Positions 1-9,733 of a stretch of 64,000 bases of DNA are shown piece after piece (position 1 is the stretch's first letter; each line of letters begins with the position of its first letter). The translations under genes were made by a program, and so were the position numbers. The notes below the pieces were generated by a model. The model saw only the letters and a list, made by a program, of their open reading frames with translations. It did no database searches and was not told where the DNA came from. The stretch comes from an uncultured bacterium (GTDB lineage: Bacteria > Verrucomicrobiota > Verrucomicrobiia > Verrucomicrobiales > DEV007), in NCBI GenBank assembly GCA_963977015.1, contig CAXBMO010000001.1, forward strand, positions 480,001-544,000, written 5' to 3'.

Positions 1-1
1 A

Positions 2-1078
2 AAGCCATTCGAGCTGGATGATTTGCAGCGCACGGTCAACCGGGCGGTAAGCATGGAGAGCGGAGGCACTGCCGCGGCACCGATCGAAATCGGAACCGAT
101 GTGGATGTTCCCGTGCCGGTTTCGAAGCTGATTGGTGAAAGCAGCCGGATGACTGAAATTCACGAGATTGTCAGTAAGATTGCCGACAACGACAGTCCAG
201 TGCTGCTGGAAGGTGAATTTGGATCCGGAAAGCAAATGGTTGCTCGAAGCATTCACAACAACAGCAAGCGCAATGCCGCGCCGTTCAAGACGCTGCCTTG
301 TAGTGCGCTTCCTGAAGATCTGCTGGAGATGGAACTGTTTGGTGCTCCCGGTGGTGGAGGAGAAACGATCTTTCGCCGCGCCCAGGGAGGAACGGTTTTC
401 CTCGAGGAAATCAATCTTCTGCCAATGCGTTTGCAGTCCCAACTCGAGTCTTACTTGGAGGACATTTCCTCCCGCCGCTTGAGTGGAATGCTTCCAGACA
501 GCCTTGATACAAGATTCATCGCGTCTTCCAATGATTCGCTGGAAGAAGCTGTCGAAAACGGAAAGTTCCGCGAGGATCTCTATTACAAGGTTTCCGTGAT
601 TCCGATCAACGTGCCGTCGCTGCGCAATCGGAAGACGGATATTCCGTTGCTCGTCGATTATTTCCTCGATCGTTATTCAACGACAACCAATACGAAGCCC
701 AAGAACGTTGATAAATATGCGGCTGAGTTGTTGGAAAAATATCAGTGGCCGGGCAACGTCAGCGAATTGCAGAATACGATCGAGCGCGCATGCGCCTTTG
801 CCGAGGATAACCGCATTCGTCCCAGTGATCTGCCAGGGAAAATCACCCAGAAAGTGGAGATCACCGATGACGAGAACGATCGGATGGTTTTGCAACTTCC
901 GATTGGCAGTTCACTTTCGGACTTCATCAAGAAACAAGAGAAAGTCTTTATTCGTGAGACCTTGAAGTATAATGAAGGCTCCCGCGAGAAGACGGCCAGC
1001 ATGCTTGGCGTAAGTATTGCAACGCTTTATCGTAAGATGGGGCTCAAGCTTGAGCGCGATAAGATCATGAGCGCATAG
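2..1078 (+). CDS. NtrC-family response regulator (receiver end, AAA+ domain, Fis-type HTH); 5'-partial; lacks GAFTGA
   Basis: Frame is open from base 2 (KPFELDDL, end of a receiver domain). Walker A GEFGSGKQ, Walker B-like FLEEI, FREDLYY, WPGNVSEL, HTH TASMLGVSIATLYRKM. Confidence 0.85.
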   Translation, partial: KPFELDDLQRTVNRAVSMESGGTAAAPIEIGTDVDVPVPVSKLIGESSRMTEIHEIVSKIADNDSPVLLEGEFGSGKQMVARSIHNNSKRNAAPFKTLPCSALPEDLLEMELFGAPGGGGETIFRRAQGGTVFLEEINLLPMRLQSQLESYLEDISSRRLSGMLPDSLDTRFIASSNDSLEEAVENGKFREDLYYKVSVIPINVPSLRNRKTDIPLLVDYFLDRYSTTTNTKPKNVDKYAAELLEKYQWPGNVSELQNTIERACAFAEDNRIRPSDLPGKITQKVEITDDENDRMVLQLPIGSSLSDFIKKQEKVFIRETLKYNEGSREKTASMLGVSIATLYRKMGLKLERDKIMSA

Positions 1079-1106
1079 AACAGCACTCCTGATTCTACAC
1101 TTTATC

Positions 1107-1141
1107 AAAAGAGGCATCCAATCGGGTGCCTCTTTTTTTTT
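1107..1141. terminator. Bidirectional intrinsic terminator between convergent genes
   Basis: aaaagaggcatcc-aatc-gggtgcctctttt hairpin, with a long T-tract on + and a short one on -. Confidence 0.85.
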
Positions 1142-1144
1142 GCT

Positions 1145-3037
1145 CTATGCCTCTGACGCAACTCGAACTTTTTCGAGTTCTTCCCACCGCGAGAAGAGTT
1201 CCTCCAGCTTTTTTTGAAGCGTGTCTCGTTCTTCCGTCATGGCTTCCGCTTCGCTGCCGTGGTTCTGATAGAAATCCGGAGCCGCAAAGAGATTCTCGAT
1301 CTCCTCGATTCTCGTCTCCGCTTCAAGAATGGCGGGCTCAATGCCTTCCAATTCCTTGTTTTCGCTCCAGGTCAGTTTGCGGGGACGGTCCTTTTTCTCA
1401 CGCGACGTCTTCTTCTTCGCCGGTTGTTTTCCCGTGGACCGAAGCTTGTTTCTGCGTTCGCCCCGCTTCTCTGCATAGTAGCTGTAGTTTCCTTCCTGCA
1501 GTATAACCTGACCATCTCCCTCAAAGGCCAGGATCCGGTCGGAGACCCGATCCAGAAAGTATCGATCGTGGCTGACGACGAGAACGACGCCGGTGAAGGA
1601 TAGAATCGCTTCTTCAAGCACGCGAAGCGTCGCCAGATCCAGATCATTGGTCGGTTCATCCAGGATAAGGAAGTTTCCCCCGGCGTGAAGAATCTTCGCC
1701 AACATGACCCGGTTCTGTTCGCCGCCGGACAAGGTGTCGATGCGAGCATGGACGGTTTCGTCGTTAAACAGAAAGCGTGAAAGATAACTACGGATGTGAA
1801 GCTTTTGGTTTCCGAACTGGACGAAATCCGAGCCGGCACCGACTTCCTCAATCATGCTTCGCGATCCATCAATCACCATGCGGTTCTGGTCTGCATAGTT
1901 GAACTCGGTTTTCTGGCCAATGGTAACCTGGCCTTCGTCGGGCTCCAGCAACCCCATCATGATCCGAATCAGAGTGGTTTTCCCCAAGCCGTTTCGGCCG
2001 ATCACTCCCGTGCAGGTTCCCGCTTCAAAATCCAGATTCAATCCCCTGAAGAGTTGCTTGCCGCCCAGGTTGATTCCCACCTTCTCCAGTTTAACGACCA
2101 CGTTTCCCAGTTTGGGGGCGGGAGGGATGATGATCTGAGCATTCAACTCTTCCTCGGGAGCATCCTGGCCTTCTGCTTCATAAAAGCGGTCGAGCCGGGA
2201 TTGCTCTTTGGTTCGGCGCGCCTGAACTCCAGCGCGAACCCATTTCAATTCGCGGCGAAGAAAGCTTTGCCGCCGAGCTTCGGTGTTCGCATCAATGGCC
2301 TGACGTTCGGCTTTTCCGGCCAGATACTCAGAATAGCCGCCTTCATGAGTGTAAAAGCGCCCACCGCTCAATTCCGCCATCCGGTTGGTGACGCGGTCGA
2401 GAAAGTAACGGTCGTGAGTCACGAAAACGCAGGCGCCTTGATACGCCTTCATGAACTCTTCCAGCCACTCGATCGATTCGGCGTCCAAATGGTTGGTCGG
2501 CTCGTCGAGAATGAGCAGTTCCGGCTCACCGACGATTGCCCGGCACAGGGCGACTCTGCGGCGTTCTCCTCCCGACAGCTCACCCACTTTTCGAGACGCT
2601 CCGGCGACGCTCAGCGCCTTCATCGCGGTCTCAATCCGGGGTTCCAGACTCCAGCCGTTTTGAGCTTCGATCTGGTTCTGCAGGGTGGCGAGGCGGCTTT
2701 CGGACGCGTTTCCCGTCTCAAATTCCTCGACGAGATCGAGGATGTGTCGGGCTCCATCGCGAACGTTCTCAATCACGGTGCGGTCATTATCGAGCTCAAA
2801 ATCCTGGGGCAGGTAGCCGACGACGAGCCCATTGCGCCAGGCGACTTCCCCGTCATCCGGCGCATCGACCTTGGCGAGAATTTTGAGAAAGCTGGATTTT
2901 CCACATCCATTGCGGCCGACGATTCCCAATTTGTCCCCCGCATGGAGGGTCAAGGCTGCGTCATCCAGCACAATTTGGGTGCTGAACCGGAGTTTCAGGT
3001 TTTTACAGGTTGCGAGGACAGGTGCCAGTTCGGCCAT
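1145..3037 (-). CDS. ABC-F family ATPase (Uup-like)
   Basis: Two NBDs (GRNGCGKS/LSGGE/LDEPTNHLD and GRNGLGKT/LSGGE/LDEPTNDLD), no TM segments, C-terminal coiled coil (KLTWSENKELE...RWEELE). Confidence 0.9.
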   Translation of the reverse strand: MAELAPVLATCKNLKLRFSTQIVLDDAALTLHAGDKLGIVGRNGCGKSSFLKILAKVDAPDDGEVAWRNGLVVGYLPQDFELDNDRTVIENVRDGARHILDLVEEFETGNASESRLATLQNQIEAQNGWSLEPRIETAMKALSVAGASRKVGELSGGERRRVALCRAIVGEPELLILDEPTNHLDAESIEWLEEFMKAYQGACVFVTHDRYFLDRVTNRMAELSGGRFYTHEGGYSEYLAGKAERQAIDANTEARRQSFLRRELKWVRAGVQARRTKEQSRLDRFYEAEGQDAPEEELNAQIIIPPAPKLGNVVVKLEKVGINLGGKQLFRGLNLDFEAGTCTGVIGRNGLGKTTLIRIMMGLLEPDEGQVTIGQKTEFNYADQNRMVIDGSRSMIEEVGAGSDFVQFGNQKLHIRSYLSRFLFNDETVHARIDTLSGGEQNRVMLAKILHAGGNFLILDEPTNDLDLATLRVLEEAILSFTGVVLVVSHDRYFLDRVSDRILAFEGDGQVILQEGNYSYYAEKRGERRNKLRSTGKQPAKKKTSREKKDRPRKLTWSENKELEGIEPAILEAETRIEEIENLFAAPDFYQNHGSEAEAMTEERDTLQKKLEELFSRWEELEKVRVASEA

Positions 3038-3128
3038 CCGACCATTTAGTGTGCAAAGCCGCTGAAATCAATCCTGTGCAGTGACCTGATTGACGATCGA
3101 TCGGGAATGGGCCACGCTCCTCGCCCCT

Positions 3129-4667
3129 ATGAAAGCCCTCATCCCCTTTGCTCTCATCACCTTTGCCAGCCTGCTCCAGGCGGAAGACAAACCGAACCTG
3201 ATCTTTATCCTCGCCGACGATCAAGGATTTGGAGATGTTTCCGCGCTGAATCCGGAATCGAAAATTCCCACGCCAAACATCGACCGGATCGCGAAAGAAG
3301 GGATGACCTTTACCGATGGGCACTCTTCCTCAGCGGTTTGCACCCCAACGCGTTATTCCGTGCTGACAGGCCGTTATCATTGGCGGACCCGCCTTCAAAA
3401 GGGAGTTTTGGGAGGCTTTTCCAAGCCGCTGATTTCGTCCGGAAGATTCACGATTGCCTCGATGCTGAAGGAGCACGACTACGACACGGCGTGCATCGGA
3501 AAATGGCATTTGGGTTGGGATTGGCCCTTGAAAGGTGGGGGGACGGCGGACGATGGCGGCAACTTTTCCGGTGGCTTCAAGGATGGGGCCCGGGTCGACT
3601 ATGCCAGGGAAATCAAGAATGGACCGAACGACGTCGGGTTTGATTACTTCTTTGGGATCAGTGCATCGCTCGATATGCCGCCCTACGTGTATGTGCGAAA
3701 TCGGGTTCCCACGGAATTGGCGACGGTGCAGAAAGCTTTTCATCGCAAAGGTCCTGCCGGCGTGAATTTTGAGGCCGTGGATGTGTTGCCGCGGATTACG
3801 GAAGAGACCGTCAAGTTCATTGACGATCACGCCAAATCAGAAAAGCCCTTCTTCATCTATTTCCCGTTGAATGCGCCGCACACGCCGATTGTGCCAACCA
3901 AGGAATGGAAAGGGAAAAGCGGGATCAATGACTACGTGGACTTCACGATGCAGGTCGATTGGACGGTTGGCGAAGTGCTCAACGCACTCGACAAAAATGG
4001 AATTGCGGAAAATACGTTGGTTCTGTTCACCACCGACAACGGGTGCTCGCCCCAGGCGAATTTTTCCGAGTTGGAAGCGGCCGGCCACGATCACAATTAC
4101 ATTTATCGCGGGCATAAGGCCGATATCTACGAAGGCGGCCATCGCGTGCCGTTTCTGGTTCGTTGGCCCGCGAAAGTTGAGGCCGGAACCCGAACGGATC
4201 AGCTCGTCGGCCAGTTTGATTTTGTGGCGACCGCTGGAGAGATTGTTGGAGCGACAGTGCCGGAAACCGGCGCGGAAGACAGCGTCTCCTTTCTTCCCGT
4301 GCTGACAGGAACGGCAACCGGGCCAATTCGAAACTCGATCGTTTCGCAGTCCATCGGTGGCCAATTTGCGATTCGAGATGGGGATTGGAAGCTGTGCCTG
4401 TGTCCCGGATCCGGCGGTTGGAGTGATCCGCGTCCCGGCCGGGTGGATTTTTCCGAGTTTCCGCCGGTTCAGCTGTTTGACCTCTCGAAAGACCCCGGTG
4501 AAGAGAACAATCTCGCTCCGGATCATCCTGATCGGGTCGAAGCGATGAAAGCCATGTTGCAGAAGGTGATCAATGATGGAAGATCGACTCCGGGCCCAGA
4601 ACTTAAAAACGATGCCGAAATTGTGATGATCAAGCCGATCTCCAAGCCTCGCCCGAAAAAGAAGTAG
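3129..4667 (+). CDS. Arylsulfatase family protein, secreted
   Basis: Signal peptide MKALIPF, PNLIFILADD, FGly motif CTPTRYSVLTG, GKWHLG, TDNG, EGGHRVP. Confidence 0.92.
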   Translation: MKALIPFALITFASLLQAEDKPNLIFILADDQGFGDVSALNPESKIPTPNIDRIAKEGMTFTDGHSSSAVCTPTRYSVLTGRYHWRTRLQKGVLGGFSKPLISSGRFTIASMLKEHDYDTACIGKWHLGWDWPLKGGGTADDGGNFSGGFKDGARVDYAREIKNGPNDVGFDYFFGISASLDMPPYVYVRNRVPTELATVQKAFHRKGPAGVNFEAVDVLPRITEETVKFIDDHAKSEKPFFIYFPLNAPHTPIVPTKEWKGKSGINDYVDFTMQVDWTVGEVLNALDKNGIAENTLVLFTTDNGCSPQANFSELEAAGHDHNYIYRGHKADIYEGGHRVPFLVRWPAKVEAGTRTDQLVGQFDFVATAGEIVGATVPETGAEDSVSFLPVLTGTATGPIRNSIVSQSIGGQFAIRDGDWKLCLCPGSGGWSDPRPGRVDFSEFPPVQLFDLSKDPGEENNLAPDHPDRVEAMKAMLQKVINDGRSTPGPELKNDAEIVMIKPISKPRPKKK

Positions 4668-4710
4668 CAGTCCGGTTGCCAACCGAACATCCCTCAACGA
4701 AGAACCCACC

Positions 4711-6279
4711 ATGAGTCAACCCGTTTTGATTGCCGGAGAATGGCGCGCTGCCCATTCTTCTTCCACGTTTCACGCTGAAAACCCCGCAACGAAGTCACCG
4801 CTTCCTGACGAATACCCGGTTAGCGCGTGGGCGGATTGCGATGCGGCGTTGGATTCCGCTGCGGCCGCATTTGAAGAGTTGCTTGGCACCGCGCCAGACA
4901 AGATTGCTGCATTTCTTGAGGCGTTCGCTTCCAACATCGAGGCGCGAAAGGACGAGTTGGTTGAAATGGCCAATTCGGAATCCGGATTGCCGGTTTCGCC
5001 GCGTTTGGCTGATGTTGAATTGCCGAGAACGACCAATCAGCTTCGTCAGGCCGCGGAGGCGGCTCGCGAGGGCAGCTGGGCGATGCCGACCATCGATACT
5101 CAGGCCGGGATTCGATCCGTCTATCGGGCGATTGGTCCGGTTTGTGTGTTTGGTCCCAACAACTTTCCGTTCGCGTTCAACAGCATGGCCGGAGGCGATT
5201 TTGCCGCCGCCATTGCCGCAGGAAACCCGGTGATTGCGAAGGCGAATTCTTCTCATCCCGGCACGACGCGACTGTTTGCGGAGGAGGCTCACAAGGCTGC
5301 TCAGGCAACCGGGATGCCAGCTGGGATGGTGCAACTGATTTACCGGACGGGCCACGCCGACGGCGAGAAATTGGTGAGTGATCCCCGCGTTGGAGCGACC
5401 GGTTACACCGGAAGCCGGAGCGCCGGTCTCAAGCTCAAGGCCGCCGCCGACCGCGCCGGAAAGCCCATTTACCTCGAGCTTTCGAGCGTCAATCCCGTGG
5501 TGATTTTGCCGGGAGCAATCGCGGAGCGGGCGGATGCACTGGCAGAGGAATTCACGATGAGCTGCTTGATGGGAACCGGTCAGTTTTGCACCAATCCCGG
5601 GATGGTCCTTCTGGTTGAAGGGGAGGGAACCGACGAATTTGTCCAAGACGTTGCCAAGCGATTTGGCGCCGCTCCGGTTGGCACGCTGCTTTCCAAAGCG
5701 GTGGAGTCATCGTTGAGTGGAAATCTCGGGGTGTTGGTTGCGAACGGGGCCGAAGTGCTGGTCGGCAATGCGCCGGGAGATTCCAGCCGGTATTCGGTGG
5801 CCAACACGCTGCTTCGCGTCAGTGGAGACAAGTTTCTGGCCGATCCGGAGACCATGCAGACGGAGGCGTTTGGGAACGCGTCGCTGATTGTTACGGCCAA
5901 GGACCTTGATCAGGCATCCGAAATTCTGAAGGCGCTGGAAGGCAATCTCACCGGCAGCATTTACAGCGAGACGGGTGAGGTTGATGACGCCGCCTACCGG
6001 AAACTGGAGCCGATTCTCCGCCAGAAAGTCGGTCGGCTGCTCAACGACAAAATGCCGACTGGCGTTGCGGTCTCCGCAGCGATGAATCACGGCGGTCCCT
6101 TTCCCGCAACCGGTCATCCCGGCTTTACCGCGGTCGGCATTCCCGGATCCCTACTGCGATTTGCCATGTTGCAGAGTTATGACGCGGTTCGGCCCCATCG
6201 GCTTCCTGCCAGCTTGCAGGACGAGCGATCCAACGAGTCTCAATGGCGCCGAATCGACGGTCGCTGGGTTCAGGCCTGA
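4711..6279 (+). CDS. Aldehyde dehydrogenase, 2,5-dioxopentanoate (KGSA) dehydrogenase-like
   Basis: GPNNFPFAF, YTGS, ELSSVNP, catalytic GQFCTNPG, EAFG, MNHGGPFPAT. Confidence 0.85.
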   Translation: MSQPVLIAGEWRAAHSSSTFHAENPATKSPLPDEYPVSAWADCDAALDSAAAAFEELLGTAPDKIAAFLEAFASNIEARKDELVEMANSESGLPVSPRLADVELPRTTNQLRQAAEAAREGSWAMPTIDTQAGIRSVYRAIGPVCVFGPNNFPFAFNSMAGGDFAAAIAAGNPVIAKANSSHPGTTRLFAEEAHKAAQATGMPAGMVQLIYRTGHADGEKLVSDPRVGATGYTGSRSAGLKLKAAADRAGKPIYLELSSVNPVVILPGAIAERADALAEEFTMSCLMGTGQFCTNPGMVLLVEGEGTDEFVQDVAKRFGAAPVGTLLSKAVESSLSGNLGVLVANGAEVLVGNAPGDSSRYSVANTLLRVSGDKFLADPETMQTEAFGNASLIVTAKDLDQASEILKALEGNLTGSIYSETGEVDDAAYRKLEPILRQKVGRLLNDKMPTGVAVSAAMNHGGPFPATGHPGFTAVGIPGSLLRFAMLQSYDAVRPHRLPASLQDERSNESQWRRIDGRWVQA

Positions 6280-6296
6280 TTGCCTGGAGCTGAGGA

Positions 6297-6905
6297 TCAA
6301 TCCGAAGAACTCGCCTCGATTCTCTCAGTCTTCGTCTCGATGAGGTGAAGACTGGAGGATCGTCCACTCTTCTTCATTTCGTATCTCGTGCTGGTTCGCA
6401 GCCGGTTGCCGAAGAGGTCCTCATGCTCGAGAACGAGTTTCAAGAGCGGCTCCCCGTCAAAAATGGCGGTGGCCTTGTCCGTGGGAACCGGTGCCGTGAT
6501 GGCGAAGTCACGTCGCAGTCGGATGTCTTGAGGCAATTGCGTTTGGAGTCCGGCCAAAACCGGAGCTGAAACCGGCGTTTCAAGCATTGGTGAATCCCCG
6601 ACAAAGACCTGCCCGGTCAAGTTGTGGGCAGGATTCGGACTGAGGTTCACGACGCGGGCAAAGAATTCGACGTGAGAGATCTTTCCGCCCTCCAGAACCT
6701 CCTGAAAGAGCGGTTGTTCCGGGATCAGCAGAGGAGCATACGTCCGCTGGAGCGACTCTTCGGAGCTGGTGAGTTGCGAGCGGGAAAGTTGGTTCGCTTC
6801 AATGGAGATCCAAATGGCGGCCAAAATGGGGGCAAGCTTCAGGAGCTCGATCGACAGTGTCGCGAAGAAAGAGGGGCGAGGCGCAGGTTCACTCATGGCA
6901 CACAT
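6297..6905 (-). CDS. Hypothetical protein with N-terminal membrane anchor
   Basis: Last ORF of a minus-strand run; hydrophobic N-terminal helix followed by a beta-rich region. Confidence 0.6.
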   Translation of the reverse strand: MCAMSEPAPRPSFFATLSIELLKLAPILAAIWISIEANQLSRSQLTSSEESLQRTYAPLLIPEQPLFQEVLEGGKISHVEFFARVVNLSPNPAHNLTGQVFVGDSPMLETPVSAPVLAGLQTQLPQDIRLRRDFAITAPVPTDKATAIFDGEPLLKLVLEHEDLFGNRLRTSTRYEMKKSGRSSSLHLIETKTERIEASSSD

Positions 6906-6943
6906 CTATCAGATGATCGGCCCCAACATCCAAAGAAATTTTG

Positions 6944-7903
6944 TCAGCTTTCGTCAGGAAGCATCATGGCTTGCACAATATCGTGGGAACTGACGATTCC
7001 CAGGGGACGACCACGGGGGCTGTAGACCGCTGAAATCTCGACTCGAGCGCGCCGCAACCGTTCGAGGACTCGAATGGCCTTTTCATCCGGGGACGAGCGA
7101 ATGAGGCGGCGGATGAAATCGCTGACGCGCTTGTGTTTGGAATCATCGCGCAGAACTTCAATGACGCGAATCAGTCCGACCAGATCGCCGCTGCTGGACA
7201 TGACCGGAAACTGGTCAAAATTCGTGTCTTTCGCCAATTGGATGACCGAATCCAGAGGCATCTCCAGCGGGATGGCGGTGACTTTTCGCAAGGGCAGCAT
7301 CACTTCACGGGCCGTCACATTTTCAAAGTCGAGAACCTGCTTGATCAACTCCGTTTCGTCCTCTTCCAGCGTTCCTTCCTTTTGAATCGACGTGGTCAAC
7401 TCGCGAAACGCTTCTCGACTTTGATCCAATGAAGGCGGTTTCTCAGGCTGGTCGCCAGACGAATCGTTGCTGCCGAAGATTCCTTGTGCCACCCAAACGA
7501 TGGGCCGGAAAAGGAGATCCAAAGCTTCCAGGATTCCGACCATTCGGGAAAGGAGGCGAAATGGGAAGTTTCGGAAAATCGATTTCGGAATCAGTTCGAT
7601 CCACAAAATGTAAAGTGGCAGGGAAACCAAAAACGCGAGGAGAAAGCCCCACGTATCGAAAATCCGGGTGAGGGAAAGCGCGATGAGCCCAAACGCGAAA
7701 ATGTTGCACGCGTTGTTGATCACCAACGTGATCAACAGAATGCGCCGTGGTTCCTGAAGCAGGGTGATGAGCCGGGTGGCGGCGGCATTTCCCAGTTCCG
7801 CGTGGTGCCGCAATCGCGCCCGTGTGATCGAAAGCAAAGCCGCTTCCACGCCGGAAAAGACGAAGGAAATCACGACCAGAATTGTGATCAAGATCCAGAC
7901 CAT
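6944..7903 (-). CDS. CNNM (DUF21)-CBS domain protein
   Basis: SFVFSGVEAALLS, ELIPK, CBS pair (AREVMLP, FPV); no CorC/HlyC tail. Confidence 0.85.
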   Translation of the reverse strand: MVWILITILVVISFVFSGVEAALLSITRARLRHHAELGNAAATRLITLLQEPRRILLITLVINNACNIFAFGLIALSLTRIFDTWGFLLAFLVSLPLYILWIELIPKSIFRNFPFRLLSRMVGILEALDLLFRPIVWVAQGIFGSNDSSGDQPEKPPSLDQSREAFRELTTSIQKEGTLEEDETELIKQVLDFENVTAREVMLPLRKVTAIPLEMPLDSVIQLAKDTNFDQFPVMSSSGDLVGLIRVIEVLRDDSKHKRVSDFIRRLIRSSPDEKAIRVLERLRRARVEISAVYSPRGRPLGIVSSHDIVQAMMLPDES

Positions 7904-7905
7904 CG

Positions 7906-9147
7906 TTACGTTCGTTCGATCAGAAGTTCTTTGATGCGCTTGGCTTTGACTTGGCGGACCACCACCTTCACCGAACCCAGATCAAGTCGTTCACCAGGAA
8001 GGGGCAGGTGACCAAGCCGGTTAAAAACCAATCCCCCGATCGTGTCCAGGCCGTCGGCGGTCAGGTCAACGCCCAACGCATCGCTAACTTCGTCCAGTCG
8101 AGCCGCACCACTGGCGACGACTCGATCCGAGGAAAGAAACTCGAAGTCTGTTTCTTCACCATTGAGCGCAGTGGTTGGATCACTCACAAATTCCTGAATG
8201 ATGTCTTCGTGGGTCAGGACCCCTTCTGTCCCACCATACTCATCCAACACGACCACAATGCTGTGGGGTTCCCGCAGATACTCCTGAAAAACGGTGAGTG
8301 CTTCCATCGTTTCGGGGACGAAAACGGGAGGCTCAATGGCGCGTTGGAGACTGCCGTCGCGACTTTGAAGGGCGACTCGCACATCGAGAATCCCGGTAAT
8401 CTTGTCCGCGGTGTTTCGGTAGAGTGGAACCTTCCAGTAGTGACCTTGTTTCAACTGGGCGAAAATCTCCTCCTTCTTCAAATCTGCAGGTAGGGCAAAG
8501 GCGTTGACTCTCGCGGTCATGCAATCCTTGGCCGTCTTGTTTCCCAGTTTCACGATTTCCGCGATGATCTCACTTTCGCTCTCGTTCAGGGTTCCTTCTT
8601 CGCGGTGAATCTCGACCAACGCCTCATATTCGTCCTCCGTGTAGGACGTTTGTGGTCGCTGCGATGCCGGAATGACGAGATTCTCAATTCTTTCCGCCGA
8701 CTTCTGAAATCCGGAAGCGATCGGAGAAATGAGCGGACGAAGAAAAAAATAGGTTCTGACAAAAAGCCGGAACGCGGCAATCGGGTTCATCATTGCGAAA
8801 AGCTTGGGAAGCAGATCGCAAAGCAGGATGATTCCGGCCAAGGCGCTGGCCGCAGCTATGCGGGGATGCGGCTTAAGGAACTCCCAGTGGCTGATCAGGT
8901 AGATGCAGATCAGAATCAGGCTGAGGTTGAGGAAGGCGGAAAGAATCAAGATTCGAATCTGGCTCTGTTCCGAGTTCCGCAGAATCAGCCGCAATCGTGC
9001 CTGCATCCGGGAATCTCCCCGCACGAGTCCCGTGGCATGGTTGGACCGCAAGAGGAAGACCGCGGTCTCGAATCCGGAGACGATGGCGGCGAGCGCGACC
9101 AGTAGAGTGGTTACGCCGATGAAAATTCCTGAAAGCCAGAGTGACAC
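7906..9147 (-). CDS. CNNM-CBS-CorC/HlyC protein (hemolysin/Mg2+ transport family)
   Basis: SGFETAVF, DLLPK, VVLDEYGGTEGVLTHEDI, DTIGGLVFNRLGHLP; 2 bp from the next gene. Confidence 0.88.
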   Translation of the reverse strand: MSLWLSGIFIGVTTLLVALAAIVSGFETAVFLLRSNHATGLVRGDSRMQARLRLILRNSEQSQIRILILSAFLNLSLILICIYLISHWEFLKPHPRIAAASALAGIILLCDLLPKLFAMMNPIAAFRLFVRTYFFLRPLISPIASGFQKSAERIENLVIPASQRPQTSYTEDEYEALVEIHREEGTLNESESEIIAEIVKLGNKTAKDCMTARVNAFALPADLKKEEIFAQLKQGHYWKVPLYRNTADKITGILDVRVALQSRDGSLQRAIEPPVFVPETMEALTVFQEYLREPHSIVVVLDEYGGTEGVLTHEDIIQEFVSDPTTALNGEETDFEFLSSDRVVASGAARLDEVSDALGVDLTADGLDTIGGLVFNRLGHLPLPGERLDLGSVKVVVRQVKAKRIKELLIERT

Positions 9148-9207
9148 GGATTGCGGTGCGAAAACCTGACAGAAAACGGGAAAGCCGCGAACAAATTCCG
9201 CGAAAGA

Positions 9208-9705
9208 TTATGCCTTCAAGTTGATGTGCTGAAATTCGCCTTCGGTCGTGTCATACATTCCAAAACTGGGGTCGCCGAATCGCCCCATGATTTCGCCTGG
9301 ATTTGCCCAGATTGTTTCCCCGAAATGATGCACATACTTCAGATGATCGTGACCGCTGAAGACGGCATCCAACTCGCCTGACTGGGCAATCCGTTTCGCG
9401 ATTTCAGGGTAATGGTTGAGCGCAAGTTTGCGATTCCCCAGCTCGAGCTCAGCATACTGCCCATGGAGTTGGACGTGATCAAATCCGTTCGCGATTTGCG
9501 ATAGCAGAAATGGATCACCGTCATTGTTTCCAAAGACCGCATGAATCGGCCCCGGGAAGTTTTCCGCGATCTGTTTCAGCGTGAATGGAGCGCAAAAATC
9601 TCCCAAAAACAGCAATGCTTCCGCACCAAGCTCCTTGGCTTGGTCGAGGGCGATCTGCAGATTGCCGAGCTGGTCGTGAATGTCGGAAAAGATGGCGATC
9701 TTCAT
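9208..9705 (-). CDS. YfcE-like metallophosphoesterase
   Basis: SDIH, GD, GNND, GHDH, NPG motifs. Confidence 0.88.
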   Translation of the reverse strand: MKIAIFSDIHDQLGNLQIALDQAKELGAEALLFLGDFCAPFTLKQIAENFPGPIHAVFGNNDGDPFLLSQIANGFDHVQLHGQYAELELGNRKLALNHYPEIAKRIAQSGELDAVFSGHDHLKYVHHFGETIWANPGEIMGRFGDPSFGMYDTTEGEFQHINLKA

Positions 9706-9733
9706 GATTCCAGCGCCATCCTGTTTCGGCGGG

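Noticed and set aside
1796-3049. 417 aa plus-strand ORF
   Set aside because: Antisense shadow of the ABC-F ATPase.
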